From positions 358-64,357 of the forward strand of contig CAZPAV010000009.1 of the NCBI GenBank assembly GCA_964584755.1: DNA of 64,000 nucleotides, read 5' to 3'. The stretch comes from an uncultured Acidimicrobiaceae bacterium. Lineage in GTDB: Bacteria > Actinomycetota > Acidimicrobiia > Spongiisociales > UBA5794. The notes below the pieces were generated by a model that made no database searches, was not told the DNA's origin, and was given only the letters and a program-made list of their open reading frames with translations. A program made the position numbers and the translations under genes. This document shows, in pieces, positions 1 through 11,273 of the stretch (the first letter of the stretch is position 1; each line of letters begins with the position of its first letter).

Positions 1-393
1 CTCCCGGAGCCGGCGATCCTCCGGGAAAGGGCGGCGCCGGCCCTCCTCACCCCCCATGCCGGGGAGTTCCGGCGTCTCACCGGTCGGGACGCCGCCCCGG
101 ACGCCGCCGCGGACCTCGCCGCGACGACCGGCGCCGCCGTCCTCCTCAAGGGCAACCCCACCTTCGTCGTGGGCCGGGAACGGTGGATCGTCACCTCCGG
201 GGGACCCGAGCTCGCCACGATCGGGACCGGCGACGTCCTCGCCGGGATGATCGGCGCCCTCGCCGCCGGCGGGATCGATCTCGAAGTGGCGGCCCGCTCC
301 GGGGCCTACCACCACGGCGTCGCGGGACGGAGACTGGCGGCTCGTCGAACCGTCACCGCCGAGGCGCTCGTCGCCGAGGTGGCCCGCCGCTGA
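1..393 (+). CDS. nnr: NAD(P)H-hydrate dehydratase (YjeF C-terminal carbohydrate-kinase domain), 5'-partial
   Basis: Frame 1 reads LLTPHAGEFRRL...VLLKG...ELATIGTGDVLAGMIGAL, i.e. the TPHxGEF and GTGDVLAG motifs; typical position upstream of alr. Confidence 0.9.
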   Translation, partial: LPEPAILRERAAPALLTPHAGEFRRLTGRDAAPDAAADLAATTGAAVLLKGNPTFVVGRERWIVTSGGPELATIGTGDVLAGMIGALAAGGIDLEVAARSGAYHHGVAGRRLAARRTVTAEALVAEVARR

Positions 394-430
394 GCGAGGT
401 GGATTCCGTCGCGGCGTGCCCCCACGGACG

Positions 431-460
431 CGCAGCGACCGCCCGAAGGCGGTCGCTGCG
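431..460. terminator. Perfect 13-bp GC-rich hairpin after nnr, probable terminator
   Basis: CGCAGCGACCGCC-CGAA-GGCGGTCGCTGCG; no U-tract, which is common in actinobacteria. Confidence 0.6.
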
Positions 461-483
461 TCGACCGGTCGTTCCCGTCCCGG

Positions 484-607
484 GGAGGGGGACTGCTACA
501 GGATGCGGAGATAGGCGACGATGCCCTGCAGCTCCTGATCCGATGGGAACCGGATCCAACGCGGGACGACCGGTCACGACTGTCTCGGTGCGAGTGCGGT
601 TGCCTCC
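484..607 (+). ncRNA. Candidate structured RNA (rod-like), family unknown
   Basis: Nested pairings 484-488/603-607, 492-496/596-600, 508-514/580-586, 525-529/561-565, 537-542/551-556; three G-U pairs favour the + strand. Confidence 0.3.
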
Positions 608-746
608 TCCTGATCCGCGACGATCCCCGGTAGGGTACGTCGCCGTCGCCGTCCCCCCTAGGGCCTTCCGGCCCTACCGAGGCGCCCTTCGGTCATCGGA
701 GGAGGCGGACCTCGTCGCCGCCGTGCGGGGCGGGTACCCTGCCGCC

Positions 747-1871
747 ATGCGCCCGTCGTGGATCGAGGTGGACGTCGCGGCGATCGCGGCGAACGTGGCG
801 GCGATCGCCGCCACGGTGGCGCCGGCTCGACTGTGCGCCGTCGTGAAGGCCGACGCCTACGGGCACGGCGACGTTCCCGTGGCCGACGTGGCCCTGGCGA
901 ACGGCGCCGACCGGCTGGCCGTGGCCCTCGTGGAGGAGGGGGCCCGCCTGCGGGACGCCGGCATTCGGGCACCGATCCTCCTCCTCTCGGAGCCGATCCT
1001 CGAGGATCTCGACGCCGTCGTCGAGCTCGACCTCACCCCCACGCTCTCCCGACGCGACTCCTGCGAGACGCTGGCGCGGAGCGCCGCCCGGCGGCGGCGG
1101 ACCCCCTACGCCGTGCACGTCAAGCTCGACACCGGGATGCATCGGGCCGGCGTCGCCGAGGAGGAGGCGCTCACCCTCGCCCGGATCGTCCACGACGACC
1201 CCCGGCTCACCCTCGAGGGCGTCTGGACGCACTTCCCGGTCGCGGAGGAGGATCCTGCCTTCACCGCCGGCCAGACGCGGGCCCTCCTCGCCTTCCGGGA
1301 ACGCCTGACGCGGGCGGGGATCGCGGTCCCGCTGCTGCATGCCGCCAACACCGCGGCCGCCCTCGGCGACCCGGCGACCCGTCTCGACATGGTGCGGGTC
1401 GGACTCGGCCTGTACGGGCTCCGGCCGGCCCCGGGGATCGCCGCCGACCTTTCGCTGCGCCCCGCCATGCGGGTCGTGTCCCACGTCTCGCACCTGCGGC
1501 GCCTCCCCGCGGGGGCCCGGCCCTCCTACGGGCGGCGCCGGCCGCTGCCGCGGCCGAGCACGGTCGCCACCGTGCCGATCGGGTACGCCGACGGCATGAC
1601 CCGGCGACTCTCGGCGGTCGGTGGCGAGGTCCTCATCGGGGGGCGGCGCCGGCCGCTGGCCGGGACCGTGACCATGGATCAGATCGTCGTCGACGTCGGC
1701 GACGATCCCGTCGGCCTCGGTGACGAGGTCGTCGTCCTCGGGACCCAGGGCGAGGGCCGCATCGACGCCGAGGAGTGGGCGCGCCGGCTCGACACGATCA
1801 CCTACGAGGTCGTGTGTCGCTTCGGCGCGCGGCTCCCGCGACGGCACCTCCCCGGTACGGACGATGGCTGA
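747..1871 (+). CDS. alr: Alanine racemase
   Basis: AVVKADAYGHG PLP-lysine motif, KLDTGMHR, PIGYADG, GTVTMDQ; ATG 6 nt after a TACCCT -10-like hexamer (leaderless start). Confidence 0.97.
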   Translation: MRPSWIEVDVAAIAANVAAIAATVAPARLCAVVKADAYGHGDVPVADVALANGADRLAVALVEEGARLRDAGIRAPILLLSEPILEDLDAVVELDLTPTLSRRDSCETLARSAARRRRTPYAVHVKLDTGMHRAGVAEEEALTLARIVHDDPRLTLEGVWTHFPVAEEDPAFTAGQTRALLAFRERLTRAGIAVPLLHAANTAAALGDPATRLDMVRVGLGLYGLRPAPGIAADLSLRPAMRVVSHVSHLRRLPAGARPSYGRRRPLPRPSTVATVPIGYADGMTRRLSAVGGEVLIGGRRRPLAGTVTMDQIVVDVGDDPVGLGDEVVVLGTQGEGRIDAEEWARRLDTITYEVVCRFGARLPRRHLPGTDDG

Positions 1872-2757
1872 GGGGACGATCACCGACGTCGCCGGCGTCG
1901 CCGTCGGACACCGCACGCTCGCGGCGGGCCGTACCGGGGTGACCGTGATCACGTTCCCGGTCCCCAACCGGGCCGTCGCCGACGTGCGCGGCGGCGCGCC
2001 GGGGACGCGAGAGCTCGGACTCCTCGGCGACGCGGCGCGCGGCGTTCCCGTCGACGCCGTCGTCTTCGCCGGAGGGTCGGCCTTCGGGCTCGCCGCCGCC
2101 GACGGCGTCGTCGCCGCGCTCGCCGCCGAGGGACGCGGCGTTCCCACGCCGGCCGGTCCGGTGCCGATCGTCCCGGCCGCGATCGTGTTCGACCTCGCCA
2201 CGGGGGAGGCGGCACGTCCCGGACCCGACGACGGGGCGGCGGCGTACCGGGCGCGCTCGCGGGAGGCGGTCCCGCTCGGCGCGGTCGGCGCCGGCACCGG
2301 CGCCACCGTGGGGAACTGGCGGGGCCCGGCCGCGGTGCGGTCCGGCGGCGTCGGGTCCGCCGCGCTCCGGGTGGGCGAGGCCACGGTGGGCGCCCTCGTC
2401 GTCGTGAACGCCGCCGGTGACGTCTTCACCCTCGAGGGAGCGTCCCTGAGCGGCGGCGCGCCGGCCGCCCTGGCGCCGTTCGGCGGGGAGCGGGCCGCCG
2501 GGAACACGACCCTCGTGTGCGTCGCCACGGACGGGACCGTGGCCGACCGCAACGAGCTGCGGCGGGCCGCGATCCGCGCCCACGACGCCATCGGCGCGTG
2601 CATCCGCCCCGCCCACACCCGCTACGACGGCGACACCGTCCTTGTCGTCTCCTGCGGGACCCGGGACCTCGACCCCGATCTCCTCCAGCAGGCGGCGTTC
2701 CTCGTGGTGGGACGGGCCATCGAACGGGCGCTCCGCGCCGGGGAGGAGGTGGGGTGA
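1864..2757 (+). CDS. P1/S58 family peptidase (DmpA-like L-aminopeptidase/D-esterase)
   Basis: ITDVAGVAVGH, GGAPGTRE, GGSAFGL, GAGTGA, NTTL, PAHTRYDGD motifs. Confidence 0.88.
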   Translation: MAEGTITDVAGVAVGHRTLAAGRTGVTVITFPVPNRAVADVRGGAPGTRELGLLGDAARGVPVDAVVFAGGSAFGLAAADGVVAALAAEGRGVPTPAGPVPIVPAAIVFDLATGEAARPGPDDGAAAYRARSREAVPLGAVGAGTGATVGNWRGPAAVRSGGVGSAALRVGEATVGALVVVNAAGDVFTLEGASLSGGAPAALAPFGGERAAGNTTLVCVATDGTVADRNELRRAAIRAHDAIGACIRPAHTRYDGDTVLVVSCGTRDLDPDLLQQAAFLVVGRAIERALRAGEEVG

Positions 2758-3425
2758 GCGGGGACCGGGACCGGGCGACGGGGGCGGAGGCGCTCGCCGC
2801 CCTCGAACGCGAGGCCCTGGCGTGTACCGCCTGCCGGCTCGCCGAGCATCGCACCCAGGTCGTCTTCGGCAGCGGCTCCCCCGACGCGGACGTCATGTTC
2901 GTGGGCGAGGGTCCCGGGCTCCGCGAGGACGAGCAGGGCCTGCCGTTCGTGGGCCCGTCGGGTCGACTCCTCGATCGGCTCCTCGGCGAGATCGGGCTGC
3001 GGCGGGCGGAGGTGTACATCGCCAACGTCGTCAAGTGCCGGCCGCCCCGCAACCGTGATCCGCGGCCCGACGAGATCGACGCTTGCAAGGGGTACCTCCG
3101 CGAGCAGATCCGGCTCGTCGATCCGCAGGTCGTCGTCACGTTGGGGAACTTCGCCAGCAAGCTCCTGCTGCGGACCGAGCTGGGGATCACCCGACTCCGG
3201 GGCCGCGTCTACGAGTGGTGGGGGCGGTATCTCGTGCCGACGTTCCACCCCGCCGCGGCGCTGCGGGGAGGGGAGCGGGTCCTCGGTGAGCTGCGTACCG
3301 ATCTCGCGCTCGTGCGGGCCGTCCTCGACGGTAACCTCGGTACGTCCCCGCCGGAGGAGGATCCGGCGCCGCCCACCGATCCCGTCGCGCCGTCCGATCC
3401 GGAACAGCTCGATCTCTTCCGATGA
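2754..3425 (+). CDS. Uracil-DNA glycosylase, family 4 (Fe-S)
   Basis: CTACRL, MFVGEGPG, FVGPSG, NVVKCRPPRNRDP, TFHPAA; GTGA overlap with upstream stop. Confidence 0.93.
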   Translation: MSGDRDRATGAEALAALEREALACTACRLAEHRTQVVFGSGSPDADVMFVGEGPGLREDEQGLPFVGPSGRLLDRLLGEIGLRRAEVYIANVVKCRPPRNRDPRPDEIDACKGYLREQIRLVDPQVVVTLGNFASKLLLRTELGITRLRGRVYEWWGRYLVPTFHPAAALRGGERVLGELRTDLALVRAVLDGNLGTSPPEEDPAPPTDPVAPSDPEQLDLFR

Positions 3426-3886
3426 CCTGCTCGTCGCTCACCGTCACCACCCACGCCCCCGCCGAGACGCTCGCGCTGGGGCGCCGCTTCGCGTCGCTCC
3501 TCACCGCAGGCGACGTCGTGCTCCTCGGGGGGCGCCTCGGGGCCGGGAAGACCCTCTTCGTCGGCGGCGTGGCCGAGGGACTCGGGATCTCCACGCCGGT
3601 CACGAGCCCCACCTTCGTCCTCGTCCGCCGTTACGAGGACGGCTTCCTGCCCCTCGTCCACGCCGACGTCTACCGGCTCGGGACGGTGACCGAGTTCGCC
3701 GATCTCGAGCTCGTCGACGCCGCCGTCGACGGCGTCCTCGTCGTGGAGTGGGGGGAGGCGGTCGCCGACGCGCTGCCGCGGGACCGTATCGTGGTCCGCA
3801 TTGAGATCGTCGACGAACGGACCCGCCGTTTCCGCTTCACCCCCTCGGGCGGCTGGTGCGACCGGTCCCTGGAGGTCGTGGCGTGA
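3422..3886 (+). CDS. tsaE: t6A biosynthesis ATPase TsaE
   Basis: LGAGKT Walker A, VTSPTF, HADVYRL, VVEWG. Confidence 0.96.
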   Translation: MTCSSLTVTTHAPAETLALGRRFASLLTAGDVVLLGGRLGAGKTLFVGGVAEGLGISTPVTSPTFVLVRRYEDGFLPLVHADVYRLGTVTEFADLELVDAAVDGVLVVEWGEAVADALPRDRIVVRIEIVDERTRRFRFTPSGGWCDRSLEVVA

Positions 3887-4587
3887 GGATCCTCGCCGTG
3901 GAGACCGCCACCGCCGCCTCCTCGGTGGCGCTGGGGGAGGGGGCCGCGCTCCGGGCCATGGCGGTGAACGTCCATTCCCGGGGGCACGTCGGTTTCCTCC
4001 TGCCCGCGATCGCCTTCTGCTTCGAACGGACGGGCTGGCGTCGCGAGGACGTGGACGTCGTCGCGGTCGACGTGGGTCCCGGACCCTTCACCGGCATCCG
4101 GGCCGGGATCGCCACCGCCCAGGCCTTCGCCGCGGCGGTGGGCGCCCCGATCGTCGTCGTCGGCTCCCTCACGGTGCTCGCCGTCCGGGCCGCCACGGGG
4201 CGACGTCGCATCTGGCCGGTCGTCGACGTGCGGCGCGGCCAGGTGGTGACCGCGCCCTTCCGGCCCCTCCCCGGCGGTGTCGCCCCCGACGGGGAGGCCG
4301 AGGTCGTGGGACCCGATGAGTTCCACGGGCTCATCGAGTGCGACCCCACCGACACGCTCGTCGTGGGCGACTGGCAGGTCCTGCCCGAGGGCGTCTGGAC
4401 CGGTCTCCATCGGGTCCGCCGCGGCCGGCCCCGTTACCCGTCGGCGGACACCATCCTCGAGATCGCCACGATGAAGGCCGACCAGGGGGAGTTCCGCCGT
4501 CCCGAGGACGTCCGGCCGGAGTACCTGCGGGAGCCCGACGCCCGCATCAACTGGCAGGCGTTCCGCTCCGAGGGGCTGTGGCCGTGA
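3883..4587 (+). CDS. tsaB: t6A biosynthesis protein TsaB
   Basis: ILAVETAT, VDVGPGPFTGIRAG, C-terminal PEYLREPDA. Confidence 0.95.
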   Translation: MRILAVETATAASSVALGEGAALRAMAVNVHSRGHVGFLLPAIAFCFERTGWRREDVDVVAVDVGPGPFTGIRAGIATAQAFAAAVGAPIVVVGSLTVLAVRAATGRRRIWPVVDVRRGQVVTAPFRPLPGGVAPDGEAEVVGPDEFHGLIECDPTDTLVVGDWQVLPEGVWTGLHRVRRGRPRYPSADTILEIATMKADQGEFRRPEDVRPEYLREPDARINWQAFRSEGLWP

Positions 4588-5087
4588 TCACCGTGCGCGC
4601 CATGCGTCGCTCCGACATCCCCGCGGTGGCGGCGCTCGAGCGGATCGTGTACCCCAAGCCGTGGTCGGCTCGGGTCTTCTTCGACGAGCTCGCCCAAGGA
4701 AACCGGACGTACCTCCTCCTCGAGGACGCCGGCGGCGCGCTCGTCGGGTACGGCGGGTTCCTCCTCGTGGAGGAGGACGCCCACATCACCACCCTGGCCG
4801 TGGCTCCCGAGGCCCGGCGACGGCACCTCGGCACGCGGCTGCTCCTCGCGCTCGTGGAACGGGCCGTCGCCCGCGGTGCGCGTCACCTCACCCTCGAGGT
4901 CCGGGCGTCGAACGTCAACGCCCAGCAGCTCTATGAGCGCTTCGGTTTCCAGCGGGTGGGGCGACGGAAGGGGTACTACGAGGACGAGGACGCGTTCGTC
5001 ATGTGGGCGCTCGACGTCGACACCGAGCCCTACGCGGCCCGGCTCGCCGCGATCCGGGCCGGCCTCGAGGCGGAGGACGGCGCGTGA
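4584..5087 (+). CDS. rimI: Ribosomal protein S18 alanine N-acetyltransferase
   Basis: PWS, AHITTLAV, TLEVRASN, LYERFGF, RRKGYY; position between tsaB and tsaD. Confidence 0.93.
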   Translation: MITVRAMRRSDIPAVAALERIVYPKPWSARVFFDELAQGNRTYLLLEDAGGALVGYGGFLLVEEDAHITTLAVAPEARRRHLGTRLLLALVERAVARGARHLTLEVRASNVNAQQLYERFGFQRVGRRKGYYEDEDAFVMWALDVDTEPYAARLAAIRAGLEAEDGA

Positions 5088-6097
5088 GCGGCCCCCTCGT
5101 CCTCGGCATCGAGACGAGCTGTGACGAGACGGGCGTCGGCGTGGTCGCCGGCACCACGGTGCGCAGCAGCCTGCTCGCCTCCCAGGTCGAGCTCCACGCG
5201 CGTTTCGGCGGCGTCGTGCCCGAGGTCGCGGCCCGTGCCCACGTGGAGGCGATCCGGCCGCTCGTCCACGAGGCGTTGCGGGAGGCGGGAGTCCACCCCG
5301 GTGAGCTGGACGCGGTGGCCGCCACCCGGGGGCCCGGACTCGCCGGAGCCCTCATGGTCGGCTTCGCCTTCGGGAAGACCCTCGCCTGGAGCCTGGGGCG
5401 ACCGTTCTACGGGATCGACCACATGGAAGGTCACCTCTTCGCCCCCCGCCTCGAGTTCCCCGAGTTCACGCCGCCCGCCGTCGTGCTCCTCGCCTCGGGG
5501 GGACACAGCCAGGTCGTCCACCTCCGGGCGTGGGGGACGTACGCGACGTTGGGGGGCACCATCGACGACGCCGCCGGCGAGGCGTTCGACAAGCTGGCCC
5601 GGTTCCTCGGACTCGGGTACCCGGGCGGTCCCGCCATCGATCGGGAGTCTGCGGGGGGTGATCCGGAGGCGATCCGATTCCCGCGAGCGCTGCGTGACCG
5701 GCGCTACGACCTCTCTTTCTCGGGGCTGAAGACCGCGGTCGTCACCTACCTCGAGCAGGCCCGATCCCGGGGCGAGCTGCCCTCCCGGGCCGACGTCGCC
5801 GCCTCGGTCCAGGAGGCCATCGTCGACGTCCTCGTCGAGAAGACGTTCCACGCCGTCGACGATCTCGTGGTTGGCGCGGTGGCCGGCGGTGGGGGTGTCC
5901 TGGCGAACCGCCGCCTGCGCAGCCGGTTCCGGGAGGAGGCGGAACGCCGCGGGGTGCGTTGCTTCCTCCCCTCCGCGACCTTGTGTACCGACAACGGGGC
6001 GATGGTCGCCGCGGTGGGCGCGGCGCGGCTCGCCGCCGGCGAGCCGGCCGACCCGTGGGACGGCGACGTCGATCCCGGCCTCGTCCTCGGGACATGA
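5084..6097 (+). CDS. tsaD: t6A transferase TsaD
   Basis: LGIETSCDETG, GGVVPEVAARAH, DHMEGH, DDAAGEAFDK, LGYPGG, CTDNGAM. Confidence 0.97.
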   Translation: MSGPLVLGIETSCDETGVGVVAGTTVRSSLLASQVELHARFGGVVPEVAARAHVEAIRPLVHEALREAGVHPGELDAVAATRGPGLAGALMVGFAFGKTLAWSLGRPFYGIDHMEGHLFAPRLEFPEFTPPAVVLLASGGHSQVVHLRAWGTYATLGGTIDDAAGEAFDKLARFLGLGYPGGPAIDRESAGGDPEAIRFPRALRDRRYDLSFSGLKTAVVTYLEQARSRGELPSRADVAASVQEAIVDVLVEKTFHAVDDLVVGAVAGGGGVLANRRLRSRFREEAERRGVRCFLPSATLCTDNGAMVAAVGAARLAAGEPADPWDGDVDPGLVLGT

Positions 6098-7224
6098 GGG
6101 CCGGGATCCGGATCGCCCGGATCGCGGGAATCGACGTGGTCGTGGACGTCTCGGTCGTCCTGTTGGCGGCGGCGCTCGCCTGGGCGCTGGACCTCGACGT
6201 CTCCCTCGCCCTCCCCGGGGTGTCGCCGACCCGGGCGCTCGCCGTGGGGATCATCGGAGGCCTCCTCTTCCTCGGTGGCGTCCTCGTCCACGAGCTCAGC
6301 CACTCCCTCGTGGCCCTCCGGCACGGCCTCGTGGTACGGGGCATCCGGCTCTTCGTGTTCGGTGGATACTCGATCATCGAGCCGGAGGCGGGGCGGCCCG
6401 AGGACGAGTTCGTGGTCGCCGCCGCCGGCCCGGTCGCCTCCCTGGCGCTCGCCGCCCTCTTCTTCGCCGCCTCCCTCCTCGGGGGCACGTTCCCCGCGCT
6501 GGGTCGCGTCTTCCTCTCCCTCGCGGTGGCGAACCTCGCCATCGGCGTCTTCAACCTCCTCCCGGGGTTCCCCCTCGACGGCGGTCGCGTGCTGCGCGCC
6601 TTCCTGTGGCGCCGGAGCGGCGATCGGGTCGGGGCGACCCACCGGGCGATCCTCCTCGGGCGCGTCATCGGCGTCGTCGTGGCCGCCGTCGGCGTGTTCC
6701 TCGTGGTCGGGTTCCTCGAGGCGGCGGGACTGTGGTGGGCGGCCGTCGGGTGGTTCCTCTTCCGCGGCGCCGAGGCCGCGGGCCGGCGGGAGCGGCTCCT
6801 CGCCCGGGTCGGCGGACTGCGCGTGCGGGACGTCATGCGACCGGTGCGCGCGGCGGTTCCGGGAGCCATGGCCGTCACCCACGTGGAGGACCGGTACGGA
6901 ACGGGTTCCTCGTGGGGCCCGCTCCCGGTCGAGGTGGAGGGTCGGGTCGTGGGTCTCATCGGCGCCGAGGAGGTCGAGGACCTCTCCCCGGCCCGACGGG
7001 CCACCACGCCGGCGAGGGCGGCCATGACGCCGATCGGGCCCGAGGACGTGACGGCGGCGGAGGCCCCCCTCGACGAGGTGTTGCCGAGGTTCGCGGGGGG
7101 CAGGGAGCGCATGGTCGTCGTGTCGGGCGCTCGGGTCGTGGGCGTCCTCACCGTCGCCGACGTGGGTCGCGTGCTCGGCGCGACGGGGGATCGGGACCCC
7201 GGCGGGGACCTCGCCGGGGGTTAG
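6094..7224 (+). CDS. Site-2 (M50) zinc metalloprotease with C-terminal CBS pair
   Basis: HELSH, AAAGP, FNLLPGFPLDGGRV; CBS-like VRDVM...VVGVLTVAD. Confidence 0.9.
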   Translation: MRAGIRIARIAGIDVVVDVSVVLLAAALAWALDLDVSLALPGVSPTRALAVGIIGGLLFLGGVLVHELSHSLVALRHGLVVRGIRLFVFGGYSIIEPEAGRPEDEFVVAAAGPVASLALAALFFAASLLGGTFPALGRVFLSLAVANLAIGVFNLLPGFPLDGGRVLRAFLWRRSGDRVGATHRAILLGRVIGVVVAAVGVFLVVGFLEAAGLWWAAVGWFLFRGAEAAGRRERLLARVGGLRVRDVMRPVRAAVPGAMAVTHVEDRYGTGSSWGPLPVEVEGRVVGLIGAEEVEDLSPARRATTPARAAMTPIGPEDVTAAEAPLDEVLPRFAGGRERMVVVSGARVVGVLTVADVGRVLGATGDRDPGGDLAGG

Positions 7225-7276
7225 CAGTCACTCCGAAAGAGTGCTAATGTTGGCACTCGCAAGGACCGACTGCTAA
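7221..7276. promoter_or_regulatory. Tandem CIRCE elements (HrcA operators)
   Basis: TTAGCAGTC-N9-GAGTGCTAA at 7221-7247 and TTGGCACTC-N9-GACTGCTAA at 7250-7276, directly upstream of groES. Confidence 0.92.
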
Positions 7277-7296
7277 CCCCGAGAAGGAGGAGTCGG

Positions 7297-7584
7297 ATGA
7301 AGCTGAAGCCCCTGGGCGATCGCATCGTCGTCAAGCCCAAGGAAGAGGACGAGGTCCGGACGCCCACCGGTCTCGTGATCCCCGACACGGCGAAGGAGAA
7401 GCCCCAGTTGGGCGAGGTCATCGCCGTCGGGCCCGGCGAGTACCAGGACGGGGAGCGCATCCCCATGGACGTCAAGGTCGGCGACCTCGTGTTCTACTCG
7501 AAGTACGGGGGTACCGAGGTCAAGTACGAGGGCGAGGAGTACCTCATCCTCTCGGCCCGCGACGTGCTCGCCGTTCTCGAATAG
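7297..7584 (+). CDS. groES: Co-chaperonin GroES
   Basis: [32 protein letters not shown]. Confidence 0.98.
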   Translation: MKLKPLGDRIVVKPKEEDEVRTPTGLVIPDTAKEKPQLGEVIAVGPGEYQDGERIPMDVKVGDLVFYSKYGGTEVKYEGEEYLILSARDVLAVLE

Positions 7585-9234
<1,650 letters not shown>

Positions 9235-9250
9235 CCACGCCCGAGCACGG

Positions 9251-9282
9251 ACGAGGGGCGGCCCCGGTGGGCCGCCCCTCGT
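9251..9282. terminator. 14-bp hairpin between convergent groEL and ATP-grasp genes
   Basis: ACGAGGGGCGGCCC-CGGT-GGGCCGCCCCTCGT. Confidence 0.75.
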
Positions 9283-9331
9283 CGCGTCCCGGGGGTCGCC
9301 GCCCTCGGGGCGGCGGTCGGGCCTGCGGCGG

Positions 9332-10558
9332 TCAGCAGCGAGGCGGGAGGTCGCCGGCAGGTTCGACCCGCACCGTGATGCGGCGCCACGCCTCGCGCAG
9401 GGCGGTCTCCACCGCGGCCGGGTCGGGGCCCTCGGCGAAGAGGAAGGCGAGGTAGCGGTCCCCCTCCGGGAGCGGGACGAGGGGGCGTCCGGTCGGGATC
9501 GTCGGTTCGAAGGCGGTGATCCCCCGGACCGCGAGCGCCGCGGCGACCCCGGCGAACCCGGCGAGACGTCCCGCGGCGGGGACGGGGAGCATGAGGACCC
9601 CCGAGGCGCGCCGCGCCGGACGGTGGTCCGCGCCCGGGAGTCCGAGCGCGCCGCGGAGGATCACCGACTCGAGGGTCTCCGCGAGGAGACCGAAGAGGAG
9701 GGAGCGGCCGCAGAGACCCCCGATGGGCCGGGCGGCGACCTCGATGAGGACCGGCCCCTCCGGACCCACCCGCAGCTCGGCGTGGATCGGGCCGGCGACG
9801 AGTCCGAGCGCGGCGACGGCGCGCCGGGTCACGTCCGCCAGCGCCGCCCGGACGGCCGCGGGGTGACGGGAGGGGGTCACGAGGAGCGTCTCGGGGAACG
9901 TCGGCCCCTCCATGGGATCCGGCTTGTCGAGGACGGCGAGGATCTCGAGCTCGCCGTGGACGACGAGCCCCTCGAGGACGACCTCGGCACCGGGGACGTA
10001 CTCCTCCACGACGAGGGGTCGATCCGGGTCCGCCCCTGCGGCTCGCACGACGCGACGGATGCGCGCCTCGGCGGCGGCGGCCTGCGCCGGGTCGTCGACC
10101 CGGAGCACCCCCCGACTCGCCGCGAGCATGGCGGGCTTCACGACGCAGGGGTACCCGAGCCGGCCGGCCACGGCCGCCACCGTCCCCGGCGGTGCGACCG
10201 CGAACCGCGGTTGGGGGACCCCCGCCGCCTCGAGCCGGCGGCGCAGGAGCACCTTGTCGCAGGTGGCGGCGACCGCGTCGAGCGGGTTGTGGGCGAGCCC
10301 GAGCTCGGCGGCGGCCCGGGCTGCGATCCCCACGCCCCGATCGTCGACGGCGACGACCGCCTGCGGGGTGGGCCGCAGTCGGGCGATGCGGGCTGCGGAC
10401 CACTCCGGTCGGAGGAAGTCGACGAGGACACGACGGGCCCGACCCACCTGGGCGATGGGGGCGGTGGCGTCGGAGGCCACGACGACATCGAGGCGCAGAC
10501 CAGCGGCCGCCGCGACGAAGTCGGCCAGCCGGTAGCTCTCGGCCGGTGCCACGAGCAC
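9332..10558 (-). CDS. ATP-grasp domain protein (start uncertain)
   Basis: CDKVLLRRRL, YPCVVKP...ASRGV, VEEYVPG.EV..EG, IHAELR, IEVAARPIGG. Confidence 0.85.
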   Translation of the reverse strand: MLVAPAESYRLADFVAAAAGLRLDVVVASDATAPIAQVGRARRVLVDFLRPEWSAARIARLRPTPQAVVAVDDRGVGIAARAAAELGLAHNPLDAVAATCDKVLLRRRLEAAGVPQPRFAVAPPGTVAAVAGRLGYPCVVKPAMLAASRGVLRVDDPAQAAAAEARIRRVVRAAGADPDRPLVVEEYVPGAEVVLEGLVVHGELEILAVLDKPDPMEGPTFPETLLVTPSRHPAAVRAALADVTRRAVAALGLVAGPIHAELRVGPEGPVLIEVAARPIGGLCGRSLLFGLLAETLESVILRGALGLPGADHRPARRASGVLMLPVPAAGRLAGFAGVAAALAVRGITAFEPTIPTGRPLVPLPEGDRYLAFLFAEGPDPAAVETALREAWRRITVRVEPAGDLPPRC

Positions 10559-10631
10559 GACGCGGTCGCGCCCGGAGCGACGCGGATCGTGGGAGAATGT
10601 CGTCCGTTCGATCGCCGACGAGGTGGAGCCC

Positions 10632-11264
10632 ATGCCCGAAGAGTCTCGCGTCCTGCACGTCACCGACCAAGCCCTTCGGAAGCTCCTCGACGTTCGGGCG
10701 ACCGAACCCGACGCCGAGGAGCTGGCGCTCGTCATCCAGGTGACCGGGGTCCGGGGAGCCTCCTACGCCTACGGGATGCACCTCGTGCGTCTCGACGCCG
10801 TCACCGACGGCGACCACCTCGAGCGTCACGGCGACCTCCCGGTCGTCGTCCCGGCGGGGAGCGTCTCCCAGCTCCGTGGGGCCACGCTCCGGATGTCCCG
10901 GGACCTCCTCAACCCCGGTCTCGAGATCGACAACCCCAACTCCCCCTCCCCGACGATCCTCGGGGACGGGCCCCGGCCGCAGCTCGAGGGCCCGGTGGCG
11001 CAGCGTGTGGAGCAGGTCATCACCGGACAGATCAACCCGGCGATCGCCTCCCACGGCGGATGGGTGGAGCTCGTCGCGGTCGAGGACGACGTCGTCTACG
11101 TCCGCCTCGGCGGCGGGTGCCAGGGATGCGGTCTGGCGCCGGTGACGCTCTCGCAGGGGATCGAGACGACCATCCTCGCCATGGTGCCGGAGGTGTCCCG
11201 GGTGATGGACGTCACCGACCACGCCGCGGGGACGAATCCCTACTACGAGCAGGCGAAGAAGTAG
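10632..11264 (+). CDS. nfuA: Fe-S cluster carrier NfuA (degenerate A-type domain plus Nfu domain)
   Basis: INPAIASHGGWVEL, GGGCQGC CxxC motif; HesB-like N-terminus. Confidence 0.9.
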   Translation: MPEESRVLHVTDQALRKLLDVRATEPDAEELALVIQVTGVRGASYAYGMHLVRLDAVTDGDHLERHGDLPVVVPAGSVSQLRGATLRMSRDLLNPGLEIDNPNSPSPTILGDGPRPQLEGPVAQRVEQVITGQINPAIASHGGWVELVAVEDDVVYVRLGGGCQGCGLAPVTLSQGIETTILAMVPEVSRVMDVTDHAAGTNPYYEQAKK

Positions 11265-11273
11265 GGACGCGGC

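Noticed and set aside
496-660. Selenoprotein reading: in-frame TGA (576-574, - strand) followed by a small hairpin
   Set aside because: No start codon in that frame before the next upstream stop (660-658), no Cys/Sec-type context, and no sel genes in the window.
10632-11264. nfuA as a dedicated Fe-S supplier for the BCR/HCR cluster
   Set aside because: It is separated by unrelated genes, lacks the cluster's operator motif and is a common housekeeping gene.
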